From assembly GCF_030684315.1 (NCBI RefSeq), contig NC_081385.1, forward strand, positions 11,725,080 through 11,789,079: a DNA stretch of 64,000 nucleotides, given 5' to 3'. The notes under the pieces are model-generated. The model made no database searches and had not been told where the DNA came from. It saw only the letters and a program-made list of their open reading frames with translations. The DNA comes from Stegostoma tigrinum (lineage: Eukaryota). Numbering within the stretch: position 1 is the stretch's first letter; each line of letters begins with the position of its first letter. The translations under genes were made by a program, and so were the position numbers. Below, piece by piece: positions 25,501 to 37,500 of the stretch.

Positions 25501-28500
25501 TGCACCTAACAACACACAAGTTGCAGTGTTTCAAGAAAATAACCCACCACCACTTTCTCAAGGGTAGTTAGCAATGAGTGATAAATGTAGGCATTGCCAG
25601 CTTCGACCTATAAATGTATGGTGTGTAATTTCTTTCTATTCCTTAATATCAATCTACATTTTTTATTAAAATAAGTCTCTACCTATTTATGACCTTTCAA
25701 ATTACAGTATAGTCAAGTTCAATTATTCTCACTTTTCACCTTCATGATGTATTCAAATCCTGTACTTTGAGTTCAGATTGTAATTGATGAATATAATCCT
25801 GTAGCTTTCAGGAGGAAGTCATCTTGGTGCCTTTCCAGCAGTGGGATTTGTGAGATGTAATTGCACATTCCACTTATGTCTAGGTCAATAGTCTACCAGT
25901 TTGCAGAGTGCCTTTTTGTCACACTTCTTTTTTTCACTTTTTAATCTTCTTAGTCTGAAGTTTCTTAATTGGATTTTCAGCTATTAAGTTTTAAAAAAAA
26001 TGTTTACAGCAACCTTGTGTATTCTGTTTGAATTGCAAGTGAGTAATTTGTTTTTTTTTGATTTAGCAACAAATTAGTGTCGTTTCCTGCAGGCAGTTTT
26101 GTCAGTGTGCTTCAAGCAATGTGCACTCAATTCCAAGGTCACTACCTAGCGAATGTGAATGCAGCTGAACAAAATCTGTTCTTGTTAACTAATAAAGAAT
26201 TACACAATGTGATTGTTTGAGCTCACTCCAGACATTCTCTTTTGCATCTGCTTTTAAAAGGGCAAATGTCATCTTGTGACCTTGTGCATTAAGTCATATG
26301 GGACAGTAGATCTTGGGATGAGCAATAAAATTAGTAACAATTCACCTGTTATTGTTGTGATCCCAGATACTGTCATGAGTTCCTTTTGAGTGCGCTGTCT
26401 GACTAGTCAAGTGTGGTATTTGCAATGAAAGGGCGGCATGGTGGCTCAGTGGTGAGCACTGCTGCCTCACAGTGCCAGGGACCCAAGTTTGAGTCCACCC
26501 TCATGCGACTGTCTGTGTGGAGTTTGCACATTCTCCCCGTGTCTGCGTGGGTTTCCTCCGGATGCTCTGGATTCATCCCACAGTCCAAAGATGTGCAGGT
26601 TAGGTGGATCAGCCAAGCTAAATTGCCCATAGTGTTCAGGGATGTGTAGATTAGCTGGATTATAGGGGGATGGGTCTGGGTGGGATGCTCCAAGGGGCGG
26701 TGTGGACTTGTTGGGCCGAAGGGCCTGTTTCCACACTGTAGGGAATCTATGAAATCTACAAAACATGTTTATGAAGTAAACTGTATAGACAGTAATGGGT
26801 GTGAAATTCAATCATGTGTTTCCCAAGATTGTTAGTACTTCCCTTGTTTAGGATGAACAATAAACAACAGTATTTCATATTCGGTTAGAACATAGCTGTG
26901 AGAACTCAATTTTACTACCTTAGTTCTGCATAACTTAATAATGTAGAACATAGAACATTACAGCACAGCACAGGCCCTTTGGCCCTTGATGTTGTGCCGA
27001 CCTGTCATACCGATCTGAAGCCCATCTAACCTACACTATTCCATGTACATCTATATGCTTATCCAATGACGACTTAAATGTACCTAAAGTTGGTGAATCT
27101 ACTACTGTTGCAGGCAAAGCGTTCCATTCCCTTACTACTCTAGAGTAAAGAAATTATCTCTGACATCTGTCCTATATCTTTCACCCCTCAGTTTAAAGCT
27201 ATGCCCCCTCGTGCTCGCCATCACCATCCTAGGAAAAAGGCTCTCCCTATCCACCCTATCTAACCCTCTGATTATTTTATATGTTTCAATTAAGTTACCT
27301 CTCAACTTTCTTGTCTCTAACGAAAACAGCCCCAAGTCCCTCCACATTGTCTAACAATCTATCCATTTCTTATTTACATTTTAATTGACATCTCCCCCTT
27401 CCCCGCGCCCCCACTTCCCCCAATATCAACAGGTTCTGTGAGAGAATTCCAGGTTTCCAGAATCTTTGCTGTGAAGCAGTGCTATCTCCTGACACTCCTG
27501 AACTGCCTGCCAAGAATTGTAAGGTTGTGCCACTGCTTTGACTCTGTAAGGAAGGGAAGTAGTTTTTATGCATCAAGCTGAGCAAATCCTATTAATCATC
27601 TTAAGCCCTTTGACTGGATTGCCCCTATTCTTCTGTATTTGTTTGCAGTCTCTCGGCGAAAACAATTTTAATGTACTTATGGATCATTATTGGGAATGCT
27701 TGATGAGATGAAGGGAAAGTTTTCAACAAAAACAATTGTAATTGAGTTAAGAAGCTGGCAGTAGGATATTTTCCAGACTTTTAGAAGATTCTGCCTTTAT
27801 TGCTTTTGAAAATGAATCCAATGAGTATAACCTAGAGCAGCTCAGAGATTTGAGCATTCTTCTAAAAGTGGCTGCTATTAACTCCCAGGTTGAAGATGCA
27901 CAGCAGTCTCTTAAAGCAGTACAAGTGGAGAAATATGACATCGTTGAGCATGAGCAGAACTTCTGGTGCTACTGCTGCAAGAGGGAGGTGAAGAAACACA
28001 TCACAGATGGGAGCCTTGCTGTGCTGTATGGTGGGCTTCTTGAGCACTTTGTAAGGTACCGTATCAGAGGAAAACACCTATTCTCCACACTATTCCAGTA
28101 TAGAATAAAGAATTTCCTGCCATAGTGAAATATTCCAGTGGTCATAAGTGGGCAAACATGGAATGAAAATGCTGCATATGTTCTGATTTGCAACAAAGTA
28201 GGAAGCACTAGTTTCTCAACTGATATGATAGTCATTCAAACACTAACTTTTTGACTTTTCATTTATAGCTCAGAACACATGAAGCAAACCAACAAATTTT
28301 GGTGGGAAAACAAAGCAGACATCAAGTTAAAAGACAAGTTTATTCTGTCTAACGATGCTTATGAGAAGTAAGTGGTGGATTTCAGCACTCTGGTTACACA
28401 TTCAACACACTGCCTCACAATGATAATAAACAGATATGAATATACAGAAATGATAGGCAGGGAGTGACCATCTGATCCAACAAACATATACAGCCAAGTA

Positions 28501-31500
28501 TCATGGTCTTCAATGTTCACAGCACATCTCCATGTAATCTCCTGGAAGAAGGGTAGAAAGGGATTTTTAATTGGGAAGAAAGTTAATTTGAAGATTTATG
28601 AGGAAATCTGACTCCCTGATTCTGATCAGATGCATTCTACAAGCTTGTCAACTGACATAAACCAACACCATAGGCAGTGGTTTCAGCCATAAAGTCTGTC
28701 AACTGCTTTTGAACTCCTGCAGCAAATTCACGCTTGCTGCTTGAGTTGGCAACTGTTTCCTATGTTTTTTACCCCCATCTGGTGTTATTGGTCATGTATC
28801 AGAGATGCACAAATTGCACCAAATAGCAGTTAGAGAGCATGTTGCCTACCTGGGTATCTGACTGGGGACTTTCTCATTGAAGACCAGTTTTGAAAGAAAC
28901 ATGCACTAAGGCCAAATTTGTTTTTGCCTAGTTTTTCAGAATTCTCCCTTCACTCTGTCTTGTTAAGGTTCAAAACAGCTGTTGCAAAGGCAGTGGAAAA
29001 CTATGAAGAGAAGGAGGATGAATATGTTAAACAGGTATGTTAGGTTAAATTGATTTAACTTGATGAGGTTCTCTGCAGCGTTATCATTAAGATTTAGCTG
29101 TGATTTAGCATTCCCGCCTTTTGAGTCAATAGGTTGAGTGCTCAAATCTGATTGCAGAGACATGAGCATCTGAATAGAATGCTTTCTAATGCAGAAGTGA
29201 AAGTCTGCAATAACACAGCATGGAGCTGGAGGAACACAGCGGCCCAGCCAGCATTTGAGGAGCAGGAAAATTGACATTTCAGGTCATTTAGCATTTCTGA
29301 ATTAGAATTTAGCACTTCTGAAGAAGGATCCCAATCCAAAAAGTCAACTTTCCGGCTCCTCTGACCCTGCCTGGCCTCCTGTGTTCCTCCAACTCCACAC
29401 AGCGTTATCTCTGACTCCAGCATGTGCAGTTCTTATTATCTATGAATGAAAGTCTGTTGTTCTGTCAAATGTAGAGGAGCAGGAAAGTTTGATTCCTGAA
29501 TTCCTGCTCCTCTGATGCTACTTGGCCTGCTGTGTTCATCCAGCTTCACACCGTGTTATCTCAGATTCTCCAGCATTGGCAGTTCCTACTATCTCTGCTC
29601 TGTCAAATGTGTTGCTTTTAAGATAAGGTGTTAAACAAAGATCCCCTCCTCTGCCCCAGCTTGCCTCCGGGTACTCTTCAAAGAAGAGGACAAGTTTTCC
29701 CTGATTATTTTGTTCTGTGGAAGCTTTCAGATTCATTGCCCCATTTCCTACTGTGATGACACTTCAAAATTGTTTAATTAGCTGAAAAGCACTTTGGGCG
29801 ATCCTGAGGTTGTGAAGGGTGCTACAGACTTTTGTCTCTTTTTAATATTTCTCATCTTTGTAGAACAGTGTAGCCAGGATGTAGCATCCTCAAGCGGAAT
29901 CCAAAGGTTTCCCCAAAATGAGGAATCACAAGATTGGCAGTAACTTTATTGGGCATGTCAATGCAACACTACAAGGCTGAAAAGATTGGTGGCTGCCCAC
30001 AGTCTGCTACAGGAGATGCATGGCTGGGGAGAGACAAAATAGAGAATTTGGATGGAGTAAAATTTCAGTTTGTTAGTAAAATGAAATTGCTTGTTGTAGT
30101 AGCTCTAACTTAGCCTCTCTCAACCATTTAAGGTCAGAAGTCACATGATACCAGGTTATAGCCCAACAGGGTTATTTGAAATCACAAGCTTTCATAGTGT
30201 AGCCACTTTGTCAGGTGAAGTGAAGTGCACAGGCACAGAATTTATGGACAGAGATTGAAAGGCCATACAAATGGTGTGAGTGAAGTGTCGACAGGCTAAA
30301 TTATAAGTCCATGCCAGTGATCAAAAGTGTCAGACAGTGGAATAAAGTGTCAAGAGCTGAACAGCAAGTGGAAGGATGACCCATAATCTGAATAATTGAG
30401 GCAAAGAGATAATTACAAAAAATTAAAAATAAGGCGGTGCTGGATACATACCAAATGACTAGAATGACGTTATGGGAATAAGAGTGACATGCCAAGAGTC
30501 TAACCAAAGTCACAAGTAATCCAAAACTGTACAAACTAATTAAGGTAGAGAGATCAGAACATATTATCAAGGTGATGGTGTCAAAACAGGACGGTGAGGG
30601 AGATTTTCCAGATACAGAAGTGTGGTGGGGTTACATGTAGCGCAGCATGAACGCAAGGTTTGGAACGTGGCTATCAATTTCTGCCTGGTGATTCTGCATT
30701 GTGTTGTACCTTGAAGGCCGCCTTGGAGGACACTTACCTGATGATTGGAGGGTGAATGTCCTTGGCCACTGAAGTGTTCCCCGACTGGGAGGGAACATGC
30801 ATGTCTGGTGATTGTTGTGTGGTGTTCGTTCATCTGTTGCCATTGAGTTTGCATGGTGTCGCCACTATGTCATACCTCTGGGTATCCTTGCCTGCAGCGT
30901 ATGAGGTAGACAACATTGGCTGAGTCACATGCACATCTGCCATGTACGTGGTTGGTGATGTTCCCCATCTGATGGTAGTATCCATGTTGATGATGTGACA
31001 TGTCTTGCAGAGGTTGCCATGGCAGGGTTGTGTAGTGTTGTAGTCGATGTTGTCCTGAAGGCTGTGTAGTTTGTTGTGAACGATGGTCTGTTTAAGGTTT
31101 GAAGATGAGAGGCGGGGGCATAGGGATGATCTTTGTGAGATGTTTGTTGTCATTGATGACATGTTGAAGGCTGCAAAGAACATCGCGTAGTTTCTACGTT
31201 CCAGAGAAGTACCAGGTATGGAAAGGTGGAAGGGATTGGTTATGTCCCATGTCTGTCTTCTGAGCAGGTTGTTGTGGTTTTTTGCTGTGGTTCACCGGAA
31301 CTGGCAATCAATCATATCCGTTTTTACAAAGGTATCTTTCAACATCTTTGGGTGTTCGTCATGTTCCTCCTTGTCATAGGACATTACAGGTCATCCCTTC
31401 ACTTGCTATTCAGCTGTTGACACTTTACTCACACACCATCTGACACTTTTGATCACCTGCTGATACTTATTGTTCAACCTGTTGACAGTCCGGTTGCACC

Positions 31501-34500
31501 ATTCGTACGATCTTTTGATCTCTCTGCTTATAAATTTTGTGCCTGTGTCTCTTCATTCCACCTGACGAAGAAGCAGTGCTTTGAAAGCTTGTGATTTCAA
31601 ATAACCCTGTTGGACGATAACCCCAGTGTCATGTGACTTCTGACCTTGACCCCCCCCCCGCCAACACTGGCGTGTCCACATCATGCCAACCATTGAAACA
31701 CGTGGGATCATCCATAGTGTAATCATATTGAATTTATGTTTTTTTATTGTCAAATAATTATTATATATAATTATTGTGTAGGAATTAAAAGGATGTATGT
31801 TTTTCTGAAGAAATTTAAAGTATTACTCAAATAAAACCAGTGATCATTCTGAATAAATAAATAAATTCTCGAAAGTTGTAAAAATGTTCTTTCCATTTAT
31901 TTACATGGGTGTTCATCTGTTTAATCAAATGGGAAACCCATGTCCTCCTAGTCCTGGGGCTTTACAAAGGACCTTCTTTGATTGTAGATTCATAAAACCT
32001 GATGTCTGTAAATGATTAAGATGCATCAAAGTCATATTTAAATTGTTTACAAAGATGTTAATGTATCAATCAGAATTCTTTAATTCCTTTGTTAAAACAG
32101 CATATTAATGTTCCCATTTTCTTCAGTGCTTTTAGTGGCATTCAAGTACTGTAGTGGAGTTTAATACAATCCACTGGTATACTTGTTATGAACAATACAT
32201 TGAGCAGGCTTGTTTTTCTATCCTGATTCCATTGTATCTCTCAATTACTTAACTCCATTAATAAGTGATTATTTTAAATTTATTTGGATTCTCTATAGGA
32301 AGCAGAATATATTCGAGAAGTGGAACGGAAAAGACGGGAAGTAGTGCAGGCAGCCTTTGAGGTTGGTTTTACCTGGATGAGCCTGAACAGTATCCATGGC
32401 AACTGTTGTATTTTACACTGACTGATGTATATATTACATAACAATCCTGAAAGATTTATGTGATGCTACCTTAATAGTTTGGTTAAGGCCACACAGCTAA
32501 GCCTTACGAGAGCCGCAAATTTTGAGTTCTCAGAGGAAGGTGAAGGTGAAGGTGATGGCCTGGTAGTATTATCGCTAGATGGTTAATCCAGAGACTTGAG
32601 TAATGTTCTGAGGACCCAGGTGCAAATCCTGCCATGGCAGATAGTGGAATTTGAGTTCAGTAAAAATCTGGAATTGAGTGTAATGATGACCATGCAAATA
32701 TTGTCTATTGTTAGGAAAAGCCCATCTGGTTTACGATTGCCTTTATCGGGGGCAATTGCTATCCTTACTTGGCCTGGACTGCACTTGACTCCAGACCCAC
32801 AACAATAAGGTTACTACCTACTGGACATTTAAGGATCGACTGTAAATACTGGCATAATGATGCTCACATTCTGTGAATGAATAAAACTAATTTCAGTGAG
32901 GGTAATAAAAGGGTGGCTACAATTGGTTTCGGGTGAACTTGTGTTGAAGGGGACAGTCAGAAAACTAGGATTCTTTACATCACACACAATCCAGAGATCT
33001 TTCCACTGCTCTTCTGTGTGCATCCCATGCCCCCTAAATGTCAGAGTGAATAATACGTCAGGCTAGGATTGGGCTTGATTCGGCTCCAATCAGCTCCAGC
33101 AATAGCCTCCTAATATCTCTTGTCAAGGCTTGCGGAATTTGACCATTTCATTGAGGTAGCAAGAGTTGAGTGACAACAGGGAAATGTCCCTCAGTTAGAA
33201 ATGGTGGAAGGAAAGAAAAGGATTTTTAAAAGTTTTAAGATTTTTTTCAAGTAAACAATTCAGATCCAAACCAAGAAGTCTCCTATGCAAATCAGTTATT
33301 GAATTCACACAATAGATTAAGAACAGAGGTGTTTTATTGACAGTAGAGCAGTTTTATGCAGTAATGTCCCTGGACATAGTTCCATTAATATATGAACACT
33401 TCACTTTACATCTTTCTGTTTTGTCGTTCGTCTGATTCCTATCACAATTTTTTTCCCTATCTGCAGTGGATGGTATCGACTCAATTTTCATTTATCCATT
33501 CTATATTTTGAAAAATAGAAATGAATGGAAAATTAGATTCTAGTGGAAGATTCCATCCAATGGGCTGAATCATAGAATTCCTACAGTGTGAAAGAAAGCA
33601 GTTCGGCCCATTGAGTCCACACCAAGACCCCCCCCCCCCTCCCAAAATCGAAGAACATCTAACCCAGAACCCCCACATCCCTGTAACCCTGCATTTCCCA
33701 TGGCTAACTCATCTAACCTACACAGCCCTGGATATTGGGCAATTTACCGTGGCCATTCCACCTATCTGCACATCTTTGGACTGTGGGAGGAAACTGAAGC
33801 ACCTGGAGGAAACCCACACAGACACAGGGAGAATGTGCTAACTCCACACAGCCAGTCGCCTGAGGGTGGAATCAAACCTGGGTCCCTGGCACTGCAAGGC
33901 AGCAGTGCTAAGTGCTGTGTCAACCTGCAGCCTTCCTTTGCTCTCAATTTTGTGGTTCTAATTCCACCACACACCCATTTGTTCATGCTAGGGATGCTTG
34001 CATCCTTTGAATGCGGTTTTTTTTAAAGCTCTGAATCTGCATATAGAATTGCTTTCCTCCAACCTGATCAGTTCTAGACCAGTAGACAGATAATGGGTAT
34101 ACCCGTTGAGATTCAGTGTAGTAGGGATGGTAAAGTTGTCCTGAGTGAAAACTGGGAGAATCAATGGAATGAAAACATACTCATTATTAATACAATATAA
34201 CTCATTACAAGGGGCAGTATCCTCCATTACAATGAAAATATTTATCTTAAATACATTTGTTAGGTTGTCTGTATTTTGTGTTTTTGACCTCTGTATTTTA
34301 AGAAAATTGAATATTTTTGACTAACCCTAGAATTTAATCTATACATTAAAGAGATGGAGAAATGAAGATTTTCTTAAATTCCAGATCAAAATTCTATACA
34401 TGCAGTTTTCAGGCAATAACATTTTTTTTGTATTTCACTGGGATTAATGGAAAACTGATCCTCTGCTTTAGGGGTCAAAAAAGAAAACTGGGATAATGTA

Positions 34501-37500
34501 TTTTTAAAAAAAAGTCCACTGCAGTATAATTTCAGAAAACAAACTTTATTTACTTTAGTTACAATGGTTTGTCACCAGTATTCTATATATTATTTATTCA
34601 TGGAGATATTCTCTGGACTAATACAGTCAATATAATCTCCCCTTTTATACAAAGAACAATGAAGCCAAATCACAATATCTGGACATTGACTTGCTCTTGA
34701 AGTGCTTCTGCTTACTCTACCCCTTTTTTGCTATTTCTCTTTTTTTCACAGCATGCTCCATCTGGGATAGTTTAGTCGAGGAGGGGGCGGGATTGCAGAT
34801 TTCTATTTCAGGCATTCACTGTTACCATCTGGTTCAAGCCAGGTGAGGGACCCTCTGTCTACAGGTCCATTCTAAATTGGACAGCATTTGTTATATCTGT
34901 TACCTAATCGAGGAGAGTGTTAGCAATGCTTCAAACCACTGTGGAGTGCGAGAAAGATGTGCTGTCTGTAGCCAGCCCTGAGATCTTGCCTGTGTAGGTG
35001 AAGATAATGTGGGTTTATAGCTGGGAGCCTGTTGCCAGAATAATGCAGAGACAGCATTTGCAAAGCCAAGAAGAATGTGTTGTGGATTAAATTTTTTTTT
35101 ACCAAGCTCTTTCTTGGGATGAAAATGTTAATTATGTTAACCACTGGAGTTTAGCACCTGGAAGCTGCATAATTTTGCAACATGCTTTACAGATGAATGT
35201 TTGGTTGTTTACTCATTTCTAGTGCAATAATTGTCATTGAAATATTTAAACTTTAAGAGAAAAAGTGTTGATTTTTCCTGAATCAAAACCAGCCACAGGC
35301 AGAGCAGAATTCTATTGATGGACTCCCAGTATTTGCAATCGACCACTATGAAAGGTAAGAAAAATTCATGATTTTGTTTTCAATCTCATCTAATTTGCTA
35401 CAGAAATGTTTAAATATTATTGCTAAAGCCAATGCTTCTTGGAACATCTTTTGCTTATTGTGGAAAGGGCATGTTTGAATATTAAGCAAGTTTTGGATCA
35501 GGTACTTCTGATCCACACTGGAACATTTAAATTTCAAGATGGACCAACTGTTGGTTGACATGATACTGGAAGGCTGTTGGCTTTGATGCAACCATACTAA
35601 GAGTTGCACAAATCAAAAGACACTGCTATAATTTTAACAGCACACCCCACGTCCCAGTACATCTTTCCATCCCTAGTCCTTGGAGAAAATGCTTGTTTAT
35701 ATTTGTAAATTCTGCCTGTGATCCGATTTATAACATTCAAGCTTGGGGCCAATGTTATCACTGTTAGCTGAATGTCAGCTTGTAGGGTGAACCTTAATAA
35801 CTTGCAATACCCACTGTGGTGCTCTATGTTGGAAAGCCAGCATGTAAACACCACGCATAAAGGTTTGTGGGTATTTTTACTTTCTCCCCAATGATGTATG
35901 CAGCTGCAGATCTCAAATTCACGTGTCTTCAATAGGGAAGATCCTAATTCAAAAGTTATGTTCATGTGCTTCCCAGCAGCAGGTTGTTGAGTAACATAAC
36001 ATCTCAGCTCAGATTGTTCACCTCTTTCACTAGTAGAAAGTAATCATGAGAACCACTGCATGCTCTTGTTTATCTTCTGACACCTTCTGGTTTTGCAGGG
36101 GCATTATGTGAATCTACTCAATTTCATGTTTACAGAGACATAGTGATGTACTGCACAGAAATGGACCCTTCAGTCCAACTCATCCATGCTGACCAGATAT
36201 GCTAACTTAATCTGGTCCCATTTCCCTCTAAACCCTTGCTATTCCTATACCCATCCACATGCCTTTTAACTGTTGTAATTATACCAGCCTCCACCACTAC
36301 TTCTGGCAGCCCTTTCCATACATGCACCACCCTCTACATGAAAAAGTTGCCCCTTTAGGTTTGTAGGTGGAACCACTAGTCCTAAATCTCCATCGCTGCC
36401 TGACCTTTTCTTTCTCATGCCACACCCCACTGTCACCATTTTCTTTTCTCCCATTTGTCCTTCCAAACCTTGGAATTCACTTCAAAGTTTCTTCCTCCTC
36501 CTTCCAGATGACATCCAATATGTATGATTTGGGAGAAAAATAATTTGTAATGTGCAGAGAAAGTTGAAGAAACTCAGCAGGTTAGGCAGCATCTGTGGAG
36601 ACAGAAACAGTTAACATTGAGTGCAATATGATGCTGCTTCAGAACAGATCAGAAAGCTGTTCAGATTTCTAGCAATTGCAATATTAGGCTTATATTTCAA
36701 ATGTAGTGCCATTTTAATCAAATGCCCCAGCTCCAACATCCGATTCATTTTGTTTGCTTGAGTTTTATTTAATAAGTCATTGATTTCAGATATGAAAAAG
36801 TTGGTCACAATAACATTGCAGATCCATGTTTTCACAAGTCCTGGAAGTTTTTCCATTTTAATGGATGAAATTCTGATTCCTTTTCTAAGAATGGCAGTGA
36901 TGTTAAACAGGGAGGGTGGCACAAAACTAAAACAATCTGACCACCAGCTAATCAGCAGAGTCAGTAATCTACTTCTGTGCTGGTGTCTTATGGACACACA
37001 TAAACGTGTGAATTAGGAGTCAGGAGAAGGCCATTCACCAAGAGCCTGGCTGATTTGATGACTCCACATTCCCACCTGCCTTGATAACATTTCGCTTTCT
37101 TGCTTAAGAATATCTACCTCTATCTTCTGAATATTCAAGGATTCTGCTCCTGTCTCTGTTATTTACTTTTTTTAATGTTAAGCCACAATATGCAAAGGCA
37201 AAATTGGGGAAATTAATTTAAGATAAACTTTACCAAATTATTTCCCGTGTCCCACATTTCAGAAACCAAGAGGACTTTTTTTTAATCTGTTTCTTAGCTC
37301 CATCAGGGCCACCTATAAATTAACCAACTCCCTGTTCTGTGGTTACATCTCAGTTAAACTGTTCATTTCTTTCTGACCAAATCAAACTTCCTAACTTAGG
37401 GACATTGGCACAAAAAAAATTCTCAACTGTCAGTGCGAATAAAAGATCTACAGCAAAGAGAGATGGAAAGGTGTCTAAGAAAGGATTTGAGTGCAGTGAT

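Noticed and set aside
33445-33480. Pyrimidine tract plus CAG followed by GTATCG, a possible micro-exon
   Set aside because: The donor is a poor match for either spliceosome and there is no frame or homology support.
34217-34224. Additional GTATCCTC (U12-like donor motif) in CENATAC intron 5
   Set aside because: It is a single copy with no adjacent exon or tandem partner, so it is not a USSE-like duplication, and it is expected by chance at this length.
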